Shown here: positions 1-14,087 of the stretch, piece after piece
How positions within the stretch are numbered: position 1 is the first letter of the stretch
Layout: each line of letters opens with the position of its first letter
Assembly (NCBI GenBank): GCA_963727485.1
Contig: CAVSGM010000001.1
Coordinates: 32,001-96,000, forward strand
DNA length: 64,000 bases
Source of the DNA: an uncultured delta proteobacterium
GTDB taxonomy: Bacteria > Myxococcota > Myxococcia > SLRQ01
Direction of reading: 5' to 3'
The notes under the pieces: generated by a model
Seen by the model: only the letters and a program-made list of their open reading frames with translations
Database searches by the model: none
Told to the model about the DNA's origin: nothing
Program-made: the position numbers and the translations under genes

Positions 1-1417
1 CACGACCTGGAGATCGTCGACGTCACCCAGCTCAAGCGCCCGAAGCTCCTCGCGACCGTCCCGACCGCCCAGAGCCCACGGCAGATCTACGTGGATGGCA
101 AGACCGCCTACGTCCTCACCAGCAACGCCGAGGATGTCGACTGCGGCGGCTACCAGGGGGTGTGCGGCTGGCGCGCGCCCGGTGGCGCGGTCACCCAGGT
201 GGACGTCGTCGACGTGACCGACCCGGCCGCCCCGAAGGTCCTGGGCACGCAGACGCTCCCGGGCGATCTCCAGGACAGCCGCATCGCGGGGCACATCCTC
301 TACGTGGCCGGGATCGACGCGACCGGCGCCAGCACCCTGGTCGCCAGCTACGACGTCGGCGATCCGACCTCGTTCACCCAGGTGGCCGAGGTCGAGTTCC
401 CCTTCGGCGATTGGGACATCGGGGTCTTCCTGAACGTCACCGCCACGCGGATTGTGGTCGCGCAGACGGGCGACACCTGTGACCTCGTCCACGACCAGGG
501 GGACTGCTCGGACGAGCCGGTCACCCAGTTCGTGCCCATCGACATCACCGATCCGAGCGGTGCGCTCACCCGCGGCACGCCCTTCCTGGGCAACGGCGTG
601 GTGTGGGACCGCTGGGCCATGGACTTCGACCCCTCGACCGGAATCTTCCGCGCCGTGATGTCGAGCGATTGGAACGGCAACCCCGGCGGCGGCGCCCTCA
701 CCGTCTGGTCGGCGCCCACCACGACCCACGCCCCGACCAGGCTGGGCCGCTTGAGCTTCACCGCGGGCGATCACGTCACCTCGACGGCCTTCGACGGCGC
801 GCGGGTCTACGTCTCGTCCAACACCTCCGGCACCGGCTGCCCGGATCCCGTGGTCGTCCTCGACACCACCAACCCCACGCATCCCGTCAAGCTCGGCTCC
901 GTCGACATGCCGGGCGTGAACGACCTGCTCCATCCCCGCGGCGACCGGCTCATCGGCCTCGGTCACGCCGAGCCGGGTGACGCCAACGCCTGCGGGCAGG
1001 GGCAGGGCTACGTCTCCTTCCAGGGCCGCGGGCAGCTCGCCGTCTCCCTCTTCGACGTGAGCGACCCGAGCACGCCGGCGCTCCTGTCGCAGGTCGGCTT
1101 CGGTGCGACCAACAGCACCATCGCGGCCAGCCGCGACGACCTGCGGAAGGCCTTCAAGAATCGTGGACCCGATGGGGCTCATCATCGTGCCCTTCCAGAA
1201 CCTGAAGCCGACGGCGAACCAGGATCAGAGCGACGTCCAGCTCATCGATCTGGGCGACTCGAACCTCACCTTGCGGGGGATGGCGCCGCACCCGGGGCTC
1301 GTCAAGCGGGCGTTCCCGGTAGACCACGACCTCGTCGCCTTCTCGGACCGGACCCTGCAGGTCCTCGACATCCGCGACCGCGACCAGCCCGCCACGGCGG
1401 CGCAGCTCACCTGGTAG
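1..1417 (+). CDS. Beta-propeller domain protein, 5' partial, frameshift near 1159
   Basis: Frame is open from base 1. Repeated blade motifs VDVTDPAAP, YDVGDP, IDITDP, LDTTNP, FDVSDP. After KAFK the homologous sequence continues in the 1103..1417 frame (IVDPMGLIIVPF...VLDIRDRDQP). Confidence 0.7.
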
Positions 1418-2720
1418 CGGGCTGCTGCCGCACGGCGTAGACCCGCACCGGGTAGTGGAGGCCCTTGACCCGGAGCTCGCCCTGGGGGTCGCAGGGGATC
1501 TCGTCGCGGACCAGGGCCCAGGTGGCGTGGCTGATGAGGATCCCCCCGGGCGGGCACTCGGCCTCGAGGCGGGCGGCGAGGTTCACCTGGTTGCCGATCG
1601 CGGTGTAGTCGCGGCGGCCCTCGGAGCCGAAGCTCCCGACGCTCGCCGGGCCGGTGTTGACGCCCATGCGCACCTGGAAGGGCACGGGGATGCCCTCGTG
1701 GAACCACCGGGTGGCGAGCTCGGCGGTGCGCCGCTGCATCTGAACCGCCATGCGCACCGCCCGGAGGGCGTGGTCCCGGTCGTCGGTGGCCACCGGCGCC
1801 CCGAAGAAGATCATCACCGCGTCGCCCACGAACTTGTCGATGGTGCCCCCGTGGCGCTCGGCGATGGTGGCCATCTCCGAGAGGTACTCGTTGAGGATCC
1901 GCGAGAGGTCCTCGGCCTCGAGCTGGTCGGTGGTCTGGGTGAAGTCCTTGATGTCGGAGAAGAAGAGGGTGAGCTTCCGGCGCTCGGGCGGGGCGTCGGC
2001 CTGGTGCTCCCCGGAGAGGATCCGGGCGGCGAGCTGGGCGGGGACGTAGCGGGCGATGACGTCGTTGGCGGAGGCGAGCTCGAGCTCCCGGTGGCGGAAC
2101 AGGCGCATCAGGCGCCGGGCGAGGGCCAGGGAGAGGGGCAGGGCGAAGACGGTGAAGCCGATGGCCTGCTCGGCGAGGACCGGGTTGCGGAGCACCTCGG
2201 GGGGCACCCCGGCGGCGGCGGCGAGAGGGCTGGCGGGCACCAGGCCCATCAGCTGGGCCACGATCAGGGCCAGGTGCGCCGCGCCGGCGAGCAACCAGAG
2301 GACCAGGGTCGCCCCCTCGTCCAGGTAGAAGGCCGCGGCGATGAGGATCGCCGGCAGCCAGAAGATCGCGTGGGTGACCAGCACCCCGAACTGCCAGATC
2401 ACGTACTCGGTGAGCATCAGGTCGAGGACGAAGAGCCCCGTGTTCACCGCCCGGAAGGCCCGGACGCGCCGGAGCACCGGCCAGGTGGCGAGGGCCACGG
2501 TGGCGAGGGTCAGGGAGAGCCACCACAGCCGGCCCGTGTAGTGGCGGAAGGGCAGGCCGATGAGACCGCCGACCCCCCAGGCCGCGATCCGGAAGGCCTG
2601 GAGCTGGAGGGTTCGGCGGCGATCGATCGCCTCGACGCCCGCCCGCACTCCCGGGGCGGTCCGCGCGCCGAGGGCGCGCAGCTGTTCCGCCGACCCGGCG
2701 GGTGAGCAGGCCTCAGGCAT
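1407..2720 (-). CDS. Membrane-bound class III adenylate cyclase
   Basis: N-terminal TM helices. Motifs FFSDIKDFT, IDKFVGDAVM, GVNTG, DYTAIGNQVNLAARLE; Lys/Thr specificity residues suggest ATP. Start taken at ATG 2720. Confidence 0.9.
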   Translation of the reverse strand: MPEACSPAGSAEQLRALGARTAPGVRAGVEAIDRRRTLQLQAFRIAAWGVGGLIGLPFRHYTGRLWWLSLTLATVALATWPVLRRVRAFRAVNTGLFVLDLMLTEYVIWQFGVLVTHAIFWLPAILIAAAFYLDEGATLVLWLLAGAAHLALIVAQLMGLVPASPLAAAAGVPPEVLRNPVLAEQAIGFTVFALPLSLALARRLMRLFRHRELELASANDVIARYVPAQLAARILSGEHQADAPPERRKLTLFFSDIKDFTQTTDQLEAEDLSRILNEYLSEMATIAERHGGTIDKFVGDAVMIFFGAPVATDDRDHALRAVRMAVQMQRRTAELATRWFHEGIPVPFQVRMGVNTGPASVGSFGSEGRRDYTAIGNQVNLAARLEAECPPGGILISHATWALVRDEIPCDPQGELRVKGLHYPVRVYAVRQQPATR

Positions 2721-2907
2721 TCTTGCCGAGCATACCCGAGGGCCCGTGTCCCCAGCGAGGGGCCGATCCCCCACCGCCGGTCCGCGCGGGCCCCTGCCGA
2801 CGGCCCGGGCCGCCGCCCGCCGGGGCCCCGGGCCGCCGCCCGCCGCCTCCCCGAAAAACGGCGCGGATTTCAGAGGCTTGCGCCCGCACGAGAAGCTGCG
2901 TGGCTGC

Positions 2908-2936
2908 TTGACAACCCAGGGGGGCTCGCATAGTGT
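2908..2936 (+). promoter_or_regulatory. Sigma70-type promoter for the nuo operon
   Basis: TTGACA (2908-2913), 17 nt spacer, TAGTGT (2931-2936), about 70 nt upstream of nuoE. Confidence 0.6.
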
Positions 2937-3005
2937 CCGCGCCCCCGGATGGGCCGGCTACGGGTGCTGCGCCCCGTCCCTTTCCGTCACACCCGCGGAC
3001 ACACC

Positions 3006-3500
3006 ATGGCAGAGCTTTCCGCCGAGCAGCGCCGCCGCCTGGACGACGGTATCGCCGAACTCCTCACCCGCTACCCCGACGACCAGAAGGGTGCGGCGCT
3101 CCTCGAGGTCCTGCACCTGGTGCAGGAGATTGTGGGGTGGGTCCCCGAGTCGGTGATGCCCGTCGTCGCCGAGCAGCTCGAGATCCCCGTGGTGCGGGTC
3201 CGGGAGGTGGCGAGCTTCTACGTGATGTACCTCCTCGAGCGCCCGGGGAAGCACCTCCTCGAGGTGTGCACCAACCCCTCGTGCTCCATCCGCGGCGGCG
3301 ACGAGATCCTCCGCCGGGCCTGCGAGCGCTATAAGGTGAAGCCCGGCCACACCAGCGCCGACGGCCGGGTCACCCTCGAGGTCGTCGAGTGCATGGGCAG
3401 CTGCGGCACCGCCCCCATGGTCGCCGTCGACCGCGAGTACCGCGAGAACCTCACCCGGACCACCCTCGAGCAGCTCTTCGCCGAGATCGAGAGGGACTGA
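3006..3500 (+). CDS. nuoE: NADH-quinone oxidoreductase subunit E
   Basis: VREVASFY; 2Fe-2S ligands CTNPSC...ECMGSC; APM motif; TGATG overlap with nuoF. Confidence 0.93.
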   Translation: MAELSAEQRRRLDDGIAELLTRYPDDQKGAALLEVLHLVQEIVGWVPESVMPVVAEQLEIPVVRVREVASFYVMYLLERPGKHLLEVCTNPSCSIRGGDEILRRACERYKVKPGHTSADGRVTLEVVECMGSCGTAPMVAVDREYRENLTRTTLEQLFAEIERD

Positions 3501-4789
3501 TGGCCACCGAGAAGATCCTCACCAAGCACTGGGATCGGCCCGACTCCCACCAGCTCTCGAGCTACCAGCCCGGGGAGCGCTACCAGCAGCTCAAGCGGGT
3601 CCTCGACGGCGGCCTCGACCACGACGCGGTCATCAAGGAGCTGAAGACCTCCAACCTCCGGGGCGCCGGCGGCGCCGGCTTCCCCGCGGGGCTCAAGTGG
3701 TCCTTCGTGCCCCAGGACACCGGCAAGCCCATCTACCTGGTGGTCAACGCCGACGAGTCCGAGCCCGGCACCTTCAAGGATCGCTACATCATGGAGCGCG
3801 ATCCCCACATGCTCATCGAGGGCATCGGGATCGCCTGCCGCACCATCGGCGCCCACACCGCCTACATCTTCATCCGCGGCGAGTACACCGGCCCCCGGCG
3901 CATCCTCATGGGCGCCATCCAGGAGGCCTACGACGCCGGGATCCTCGGCCCCTCGTGCATGGGCTCGGGCTACGCCCTCGACGTCTACGTCCACCGCGGC
4001 GCCGGCGCCTACATCTGCGGCGAGGAGACCGGGCTCCTCGAGGCTCTCGAGGGCAAGAAGGGCGAGCCGCGGGTCAAGCCCCCGTTCCCCGCGGTCGAGG
4101 GCGTGTTCGGCTGCCCCACCCTCATCAACAACGTCCAGACCATCGCCAGCGTCCCCGCGGTCCTGGAGATGGGCGGCGAGGCCTTCGCGGCGCTGGGCTC
4201 CGAGCGCTGCGGCGGCACCCACCTCTACAACGTCTCCGGCCACGTGAAGAACCCGGGCGTCTACGAGCTGCCCTTTGGCACCACCTACCGCGAGCTCATC
4301 TACGACGTCTGCGGCGGGATGCGCTCGGACAAGCCGCTCAAGGCGGTGATCCCCGGCGGCGCCTCCACCCCGATCCTCCTCCCCGACGAGCTCGACATCA
4401 AGAGCGACTTCGACTCGCTCAAGCAGATCGGTTCCATGTTCGGGACCGGCGCGGTGATGGTCCTCGAGGAGGGCACCTGCATGGTCCGCACCTGCCTGCG
4501 GCTCATGGCGTTCTTCCATCACGAGTCCTGCGGCCAGTGCACCCCCTGCCGCGAAGGCTGCGGCTGGGCCGAGAAGGTCATCCGCCGCGTCGAGCAGGGG
4601 GAGAGCCGCCGTGAGGATCTCGATCTCGTTCTCGACATCGCCAACAACATCCAGGGCAACACCATCTGTGCCCTCGGGGATGCCGCGGGGATGATGGCCA
4701 AGCCCTTCGTCGAGAAGTTCCGCGACGAGTGGACGCGCCACATCGACAACCGCGGCTGTCCGTTCCCCGAGTACCCCCTGGCCGACTGA
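3500..4789 (+). CDS. nuoF: NADH-quinone oxidoreductase subunit F
   Basis: GGAGFPAGLKW, NADESEPGTFKDR, GAGAYICGEETGLL, ESCGQCTPCREG, TICALGD. Confidence 0.97.
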   Translation: MATEKILTKHWDRPDSHQLSSYQPGERYQQLKRVLDGGLDHDAVIKELKTSNLRGAGGAGFPAGLKWSFVPQDTGKPIYLVVNADESEPGTFKDRYIMERDPHMLIEGIGIACRTIGAHTAYIFIRGEYTGPRRILMGAIQEAYDAGILGPSCMGSGYALDVYVHRGAGAYICGEETGLLEALEGKKGEPRVKPPFPAVEGVFGCPTLINNVQTIASVPAVLEMGGEAFAALGSERCGGTHLYNVSGHVKNPGVYELPFGTTYRELIYDVCGGMRSDKPLKAVIPGGASTPILLPDELDIKSDFDSLKQIGSMFGTGAVMVLEEGTCMVRTCLRLMAFFHHESCGQCTPCREGCGWAEKVIRRVEQGESRREDLDLVLDIANNIQGNTICALGDAAGMMAKPFVEKFRDEWTRHIDNRGCPFPEYPLAD

Positions 4790-4816
4790 AATCCCCAAGC
4801 GAGGGAGGCCGTCCCC

Positions 4817-5305
<489 letters not shown>

Positions 5306-5306
<1 letters not shown>

Positions 5307-5611
5307 TGCACATCGGGATGACCCACTACCTGGTGCTGGCGGCGATCCTCTTCGCCATCGGCATGATCGGCGTGGTGATCCGCCGCAACGCGCTCATCAT
5401 CCTCATGAGCGTGGAGCTGATGCTCAACGCGGTGAACCTCACCCTCATCGCCGCCGGGCGGTTCACCGGAAACCTCGGGGGGCAGGCCATGGCCATCTTC
5501 GTGATGGCCGTCGCCGCCGCCGAGGCCTCGGTGGGCCTCGCCATCGTCATCTCCATCTTCCGCACCCGGAAGACGGTCAACGTCGACGAGCTCGACATGC
5601 TCAAGGGCTGA
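5306..5611 (+). CDS. nuoK: NADH-quinone oxidoreductase subunit K
   Basis: [36 protein letters not shown] at 5295-5299 precedes ATG 5306. Confidence 0.93.
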
Positions 5612-5614
5612 CCT

Positions 5615-7686
5615 GTGGCACTGTCCATTCATCCGGAAGCCGTCGAGCACCTGCTCTTCCTCATCGTCCTCGCGCCCCTGGTGGGCGCGGCCGTGAACGG
5701 ACTCTTCGGGAAGTGGCTGGGCCGCGCCAACGTCAACTTCATCGCCAACGCCGCGGTGGGCATCGCCTTCCTGGTGAGCCTCGGCGCCCTGATCTCGGTC
5801 TACGGGGCCGAGGGGCGGCCGCTCACCGACCACCTCTTCCCCTGGATCCACGCCGGCGGCCTCTCGATCGACGTCACCTTCTACGTCGATCACCTCACCG
5901 CGGTGATGCTGATGGTCATCACCGGGGTCGGCTTCTTCATCCACGTCTACTCCACCGGCTACATGGCCCACGACGAGGGGTACTGGCGCTACTTCGCCTA
6001 CCTCAACCTCTTCGTGGCGATGATGCTGATCCTGGTCCTTGGCGACTCCCTGCCCCTGATCTTCGTGGGCTGGGAGGGCGTGGGCCTGTGCAGCTACCTG
6101 CTCATCGGCTTCTGGTACGACGACACCGAGAAGTCCATCGCCGGGATGAAGGCCTTCGTGGTCAACCGGGTGGGCGACTTCGGCTTCCTCATCGGGATGT
6201 TCACCCTCTTCGCCCTCTTCGGCACCCTGAACATCCCCGAGCTCCACGCCCTCTCCGGCGGGATCCACACCGGCCAGACCATCGCCATCACCCACCTCTT
6301 CGGCGGGTGGACCTACGGCGCGGCGCTGACGTTGGCCATGGGCATGATCTTCCTCGGCTGCACCGGGAAGAGCGCCCAGATCCCGCTCTTCGTCTGGCTC
6401 CCCGACGCCATGGCCGGCCCCACCCCGGTGTCCGCGCTGATCCACGCGGCCACCATGGTCACCGCCGGCGTCTACCTGCTCTCGCGGCTCTCGTTCTTCC
6501 TGGTGCTCACCCCCGCGATCATGATGCTGGTGGCCTTCATCGGCGCGCTCACCGCGCTGGTGGGCGCCTACATGGGCCTGTTCCAGAACGGCATCAAGAA
6601 GGTCCTCGCCTACTCCACCGTCTCCCAGCTCGGCTACATGTTCATGGGCGTCGGGGTCGCCTCCTTCGCCGGCGGGGTCTACCACCTGGTGACCCACGCC
6701 TTCTTCAAGGGCCTGCTCTTCCTCGCCGCCGGCTCGGTGATGCACGCCCTGTCCAACGAAGAGGACATCCGGAAGATGGGGGGGCTGGCCAAGGTCCTGC
6801 CCCACACCCACAAGACCTTCCTCATCGCCACCTTCGCCATCACCGGCGTGCTCCCCCTCTCGGGCTTCTTCTCCAAGGACGGGATCCTCCACGCGGTGCT
6901 CTCGGCGCACCTCGGCGCCGCCTGGTTCCCCTGGCTGCTCTGGGGGATGGGCACCCTCGGCGCCCTGTTCACCTCCATCTACATGTGGCGCCTCTACTTC
7001 CTCACCTTCCGGGGTGAGCCCCGGTCGATGGAGCTCCACGAGCACGCCCACGAGTCTCCGGCGTCCATGACCCTCCCGCTCTGGGTGCTCGCCATCGGCG
7101 CCATCGTCACCGCCTGGTGGGGCCTGGCCGAGGTCATCAACGCCGTCGCCGGCACCCACCTGGGCACCCTGGAGAGCTGGCTGGAGCCGGCGGTCACCGC
7201 GGCGCCCGCCAGCGTGGCCGGGGGCGAGGGCTCCACGGCCATGCTCCTGCTCTTCCTCGGCATCGCCCTGGCCGTCGCCTGGGCGGGCCTGGGGATCGCC
7301 TGGGTGATGTGGGGCCGCCAGGGCGTCCCCGCCGACGCCAAGGCCAAGAAGGCCCTGGGCCCGATCTACACCGCCAGCTTCGCCAAGCTCTGGTGGGACG
7401 AGGCCTACGACCTCTTCTTCGTCCGGCCCCTCATCGGGCTGTCCAACGCCGTGTGGTGGTCATCGACGTCATCCTCATCGACCGGCTGGTGGTCGAGGGC
7501 ATCGCGCGGCTCGCTCGCCTGGCCAGCTCGGGCCTCCGGCGCCTCCAGAACGGGGACGCCCAGCGCTACGCGGCGATCATCGCCGTGGGCGCGGCCCTGG
7601 TCCTGGGCCTCCTGGTCGGCAGCCGGATGAGCCACGCCTCGGACCACCCGGTGGCCCGAGCCCAGCAGACCCAGGGGGTGCGCTGA
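5615..7686 (+). CDS. nuoL: NADH-quinone oxidoreductase subunit L, frameshift near 7457
   Basis: GWEGVGLCSYLLIGFW, GKSAQIPLFVWLPDAMAGPTPVSALIHAATMVTAG. C-terminus (IDRLVVEG...LQNGDAQRYA) continues in the 7117..7686 frame. Confidence 0.95.
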
Positions 7687-9516
7687 TGGACCTCTTCGGC
7701 CGCGGTCTCCTCCCCCTGGTGGTCTTCCTGCCGCTCGCCGGCGCGGTGATCCTGGCCTTCCTCCCCAAGGAGGAGAGCGGCCAGCACCGGACGGTGGCGT
7801 TCATCGTCTCCCTGCTGACCTTCGCCGCCAGCGTCCTCATCCTCTTCCGCTTCGTCCCCGGGGTCGCCGGCTTCCAGCGCAGCCTCACCGTGGACGTCCC
7901 CTGGATCCCCTCGGCGAACATCCACTTCCACATGGCCCTCGACGGCATCAGCCTCTTCCTGGTGATGCTGACGACCTTCCTCTCGCCGATCGTCATCCTC
8001 TCGGCGTTCAAGGCGGTCAACGACCGGACCAAGGAGTTCATGATCGCCCTGCTCCTCCTGGAGACGGGGATGCTGGGCGCCTTCGTCTCGGTCGATCTCG
8101 ATCCTCTTCTACGTCTTCTGGGAGGCGATGCTCATCCCGATGTACCTCATCATCGGGATCTGGGGCGGGCCCCGGCGCATCTACAGCGCCCTCAAGTTCT
8201 TCCTCTACACCATGGTCGGCTCGCTCTTGATGCTGCTGGCCATCCTCTACCTCTACTTCGCCCACGGCAGCTTCGACTTCCAGACCCTGCTCGCCGCCCA
8301 CCTCTCGCTCACCGAGCAGCGCTGGCTGTTCTGGGCCTTCGTGGTCGCGTTTGCGGTGAAGGTGCCCATGGTGCCGGTCCACACCTGGCTCCCCGACGCC
8401 CACGTCGAGGCGCCCACCGCCGGGTCGGTGATCCTCGCCGGGGTGCTCCTGAAGATGGGGAGCTACGGGCTGATGCGCTTCGCCTTCCCCCTCTTCCCGC
8501 AGGCCGCGGCGATCTACGCCCCGGTCCTGGGGACCCTCGGGGTCCTGGGCATCGTCTACGGGGCGATGATGGCCATCGCCCAGAAGGACGTGAAGAAGCT
8601 CATCGCCTACTCCTCGGTCTCGCACATGGGCTTCGTGGTCCTCGGCCTGTGCGCCCTGACCCCCGAGGCGGGCACCGGCGCGGTCTACCAGATGCTCAAC
8701 CACGGCGTCTCCTCCGGGGCGCTCTTCCTCCTGGTGGGCGTGGTCTACGAGCGGCGCCACACCCGGCTGATGTCCGACTACGGCGGGATCGCCCGGGCGA
8801 TGCCGGTGTTCGCGGCCTTCTTCCTCCTGGTGGCGCTCTCGTCTGCGGGCCTCCCGGGGACCAACGGCTTCGTCGGCGAGTTCCTGATCCTGGTGGGCAG
8901 CTTCTCCGCCGCCCCCATCTGGATCCGCTGGGCCACCAGCATCGGCGCCACCGGCGTCATCCTCGGCGCCGTCTACCTCCTGTGGATGTACCGCCGGGTG
9001 TTCTACGGGCCGCTGACCAACAGCGAGAACAAGAAGCTCAAGGACCTCTCGATTCGCGAGTGGTTCGTGCTGGCGCCGCTGGCGGTGCTCATCATCGTCA
9101 TGGGCGTCTACCCCAAGCCCTTCCTCGACCGCATCGGGCCCTCGGTGGACGCCTACGTGGGCCGGGTGGTGGCCTATGCCGCGCCCACCCGCCCCCAGGG
9201 CTCCGAGGTCGCCGCCGCCTCCGGCCCCGTGGCCCGGGCGCTCGGCGCCCCCGCCGGCGCCCTGGCCCTCATCGGCCCGGGACAGAAGGCGGGCGCCGCC
9301 GGGAACCCCGAGCTGATGCGGGCCCTGGCGAGGCGTGACGCCTGGCTCCGGGGTCCCCACCCGATGCCCGCCAACCGGCCCGAGTTCCACATCATCCGGC
9401 CGATGCCGGGGCGGCAGCCCCGGCAGATCGACCCCCAGCGCAAGCAACAAATCCTCGAGCAGCTCCGTCGGCGCCTACGGCTCCAAGTGCGCCCGGAGCG
9501 GGAGGGGCAGAAGTGA
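7686..9516 (+). CDS. nuoM: NADH-quinone oxidoreductase subunit M, frameshift near 8100
   Basis: [12 protein letters not shown], then [43 protein letters not shown]. Confidence 0.95.
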
Positions 9517-11099
9517 CCCCCGTCCTCCTCGCCACCGCCCTCCCGACCTGGGCCGACATCGCCAGCGTCGCCCCCGCCCTGACCCTGGTGGTCGGCGGCG
9601 CCCTGCTCATCCTCCTCGAGGTCGCCACCAAGAGCCAGCGGCGGACCCACATGCCCTGGCTCACCGCCGGGTTCGCGGTCGTCGCCGCCCTGCTCGCCTG
9701 GAACGGCCGGGGCCCGGCCCACTCGGTCTTCGGCGGCTCGGCCATGGCCGACGACTTCTCGGTGTTCTTCGCCCTGCTGGTCTGCGCCGCCCTGGCCCTG
9801 GCGGCGCTGGCCGCCGCCGGCTACCTGCGCGAGCGCGACATCGAGCGCGGCGAGTACTACGGCCTGCTGCTCTTCTCCGCCTCGGGGATGCTGCTGCTGA
9901 CCATGGCCGCCGACCTGCTCACCATGTTCGTGGCCCTCGAGGTCATGTCCATCGCCACCTACGCCCTGGTGGCCTTCCGTCGGGACCAGGACCGCAGCGC
10001 CGAGGCGGCCTTCAAGTACCTGGTCCTCGGGGCCCTCTCCAGCGCGCTCTTCCTCTACGGCGCGGCGCTCCTCTTCGCCGCCACCGGCCACATCAAGCTG
10101 GTCGAGCTCACCCGCTACGCGGCAACCGGCCACCCCGCCACCCTCTTCTACGCCGGCGCCGGGCTGGCCGCGGTGGGCTTCGCCTTCAAGGTGGCGGCCG
10201 TGCCCTTCCACATGTGGACCCCCGACGTCTACGAGGGCGCCCCCACCCCGGTCACCGCCTTCATGGCCGCCGGGGTCAAGGCCGCGGCCTTCGCCGCGCT
10301 CCTGCGCCTGCTGCTCATCGGCTTCGGGCCCCAGATCGTCGCCACCGCGGGCGTCGGCTGGGGGCAGATCTTCTACGTCCTGGCCCTGCTCACGGTGGTG
10401 GTGGGCAACCTCCTCGCCATCGTCCAGGACAACGTCAAGCGCCTGCTGGCCTACTCCTCGGTGGCCCACGCCGGCTACGCGCTGCTGGCGGTGACCGCCG
10501 CGGCCTGGGGCGGGCCCCTGGTCACCGCCTCGGTCCTCTTCTACCTGCTGGTCTACGCGGTGACCGCGGTGGGCGCCTTCGCGGTGGTCGCCGCGGTGGA
10601 GAAGAACAAGCCCGAGAACGGGGTGAACACCGGGCACCTCGACGAGCTGGCCGGCCTCGGTCGCCGGCACCCGGGCCTGGCCTTCGCCATGACGGTGTTC
10701 ATGTTCTCGCTGGCCGGGGTGCCCCCCACCGGCGGGTTCATGGCCAAGCTCGAGGTGTTCCGGGCCCTCTTCGCCGCCGCCCGGACCAGCCCCGCCATGG
10801 CCACGCCCCTCTACTGGCTGGCGGTCATCGGCGTCCTCGCCGCCGTCGCCGGCGTCTACTACTACCTGCGGGTGGTGGTGTGGATGTACATGAAGCCCGA
10901 GCCCGAGTCGCCGGTGGTCGCCCGGGGTGTCGAGGTGCGCGTCGGCGTCGCCCTCGCCGCCCTGGCGGTGCTCCTCCTGGGCATCCTCCCGGGGACGGCC
11001 AGCTCCTGGGCCCAGGACGCGGTGAAGAGCGCCTTCGTGCGTCCCGGGGCGGTGGCCCACTACGTGGCCCCGGGCGCCGTCCAACCCACCGGCGAGTAG
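9513..11099 (+). CDS. nuoN: NADH-quinone oxidoreductase subunit N
   Basis: [44 protein letters not shown]. Confidence 0.96.
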   Translation: MTPVLLATALPTWADIASVAPALTLVVGGALLILLEVATKSQRRTHMPWLTAGFAVVAALLAWNGRGPAHSVFGGSAMADDFSVFFALLVCAALALAALAAAGYLRERDIERGEYYGLLLFSASGMLLLTMAADLLTMFVALEVMSIATYALVAFRRDQDRSAEAAFKYLVLGALSSALFLYGAALLFAATGHIKLVELTRYAATGHPATLFYAGAGLAAVGFAFKVAAVPFHMWTPDVYEGAPTPVTAFMAAGVKAAAFAALLRLLLIGFGPQIVATAGVGWGQIFYVLALLTVVVGNLLAIVQDNVKRLLAYSSVAHAGYALLAVTAAAWGGPLVTASVLFYLLVYAVTAVGAFAVVAAVEKNKPENGVNTGHLDELAGLGRRHPGLAFAMTVFMFSLAGVPPTGGFMAKLEVFRALFAAARTSPAMATPLYWLAVIGVLAAVAGVYYYLRVVVWMYMKPEPESPVVARGVEVRVGVALAALAVLLLGILPGTASSWAQDAVKSAFVRPGAVAHYVAPGAVQPTGE

Positions 11100-11108
11100 C
11101 CCCGGCGG

Positions 11109-12527
<1,419 letters not shown>

Positions 12528-12538
12528 CTCATGTCCCC

Positions 12539-14087
12539 CTAGCCATCAGCTTCGGCCCTTCGCAGCCACAAGGCAAACGACACGCCGCCCTTGGTGCTCT
12601 CCAGCTCCACCTGCCCCCCCAGGTCCTCCAGGACCCGCCGCACCGCCGCCAGGCCCAGCCCCGAGCCAGACGGCTTGGTGGTGAAGAAGGGCTCGAAGAC
12701 GTGGGGCGCGACCTCCGGGGGGATCGGGGGGCCGTCGTTGACCAGTCTGACGAGTACGTAGTCACCGCGTACCGAGGCTTCCACCCGAATCTGCCCGCCC
12801 TCGGGCACGTGCTGCCAGGCGTTGAGGAGCATCGCCCGGAGGCACCGGCGGAGGAGCACCGGGTCGGCCTCCACCGGCGGCAGATCCTGGGGGAGGATGG
12901 CTCCGAAGTCCACCTGCTTGGCCATCACCGACCCGTCGCCCCCGGCGGCGGCGGCCGCGGCCTCGATCTCCGGGGCCAGGGGGACCGCCCGCACCTCGGG
13001 GACCGCCGGCCGGGCGAAGTCGAGGAGCTCGCTGACCACCAGCTTGAGGCGCTCGGCCTCCTCGTTGATGGTCCGGAGGCGGCGCCGGGCGTCCGGGTCG
13101 TCGCCGACCATCCGCCCCAGGCCCACGGCGACGTTGAACACCACCCCCAGGGGGTTCCTCACCTCGTGGGCGAGGACCGCGGCCATCTCGCCCAGGGCGG
13201 CGAGGCGCTCCCGGCGGACGAGGGCGGCGCCCACGCCCGCCAGCCGCACCGCCGAGGCGATCTGGGCGGCGAAGAGCTGCACCGCCACGAAGTCGTGCTC
13301 GGTGAGGTCCTTGGCCAGGACCACCAGCAGGTGGCTCCAGCGATCGGCGGTGCGGATGGGGACCCAGGCCCCCCGGCTCACCCCGGTCTCCTCCAGGGCC
13401 TGGGCGAAGGCCCGGGTCACCGGACCTTCGCCCTTGAGGCGGCTGGGCAGCTCGTCGAGGAAGAGGGGCCGGCCCTCGAGGACCGCCTTGCGCACCAGGG
13501 TGAGGGACTCCAGGGGGACCGGGGCGGCATCGGTGGCGAAGGTCTCGGCGTACCGGCGCAGGGGGGTCACCTCTTCGGCGCGGAAGCCCAGGCGGCGCAC
13601 GGTGCGCAGGCCCTCGGGGGTGACCTCGTAGAGCAGGGTGCGCCAGTCGAGGGCCTGGAACACCGGCTCGCTGGCGTCGAGGAGGGCGTCGAGGCCCATC
13701 GCCGCCCGCCCCTCGCTGACCAGCTGGGCCAGCCGGCCGGCGAGCTCCTCGGCCCGGGCGCTCCCCGAGGCGTCCCGGGCGCAGAGGAGCTGGCGCCCGC
13801 CCTCGGCCGGGCGGACCGAGACGTCCACGGGGACCAGGCCCCCGGAGAGGGTGCGCAGACGCACCCGCAAGGTCGCCGAGAATCCGGGCGCCCTGCTGGC
13901 GGAGGAGGAGGTCGCGCTGGAGCCGCTCCGGGGCGCCGGGCTCGAGGAGACCGGCCAGCGGCAGCCCGGCCACCTCGCCCCCCACCAGCCGGCGGAAGGC
14001 GGCGTTGGCCCAGATCACCTCCGCGCCCTCGACCACCAGCACGCCGTCGGGCAGCGCGTCGAGGATCTCCCGGGGCGTGGGGCTCAT
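12539..14087 (-). CDS. Cytoplasmic PAS-containing sensor histidine kinase, frameshift near 13880
   Basis: PAS-like ILDALPDGVLVV...WANAAF; H-box LAHEVRNPL; MLLNA, NDGPPIP, FEPFFTTK, GSGLGL. Confidence 0.9.

Noticed and set aside
3655..3685. NuoF LRGAGGAGF instead of LRGRGGAGF
   Set aside because: CGC versus GCC can arise from compensating indel errors in this error-prone sequence.
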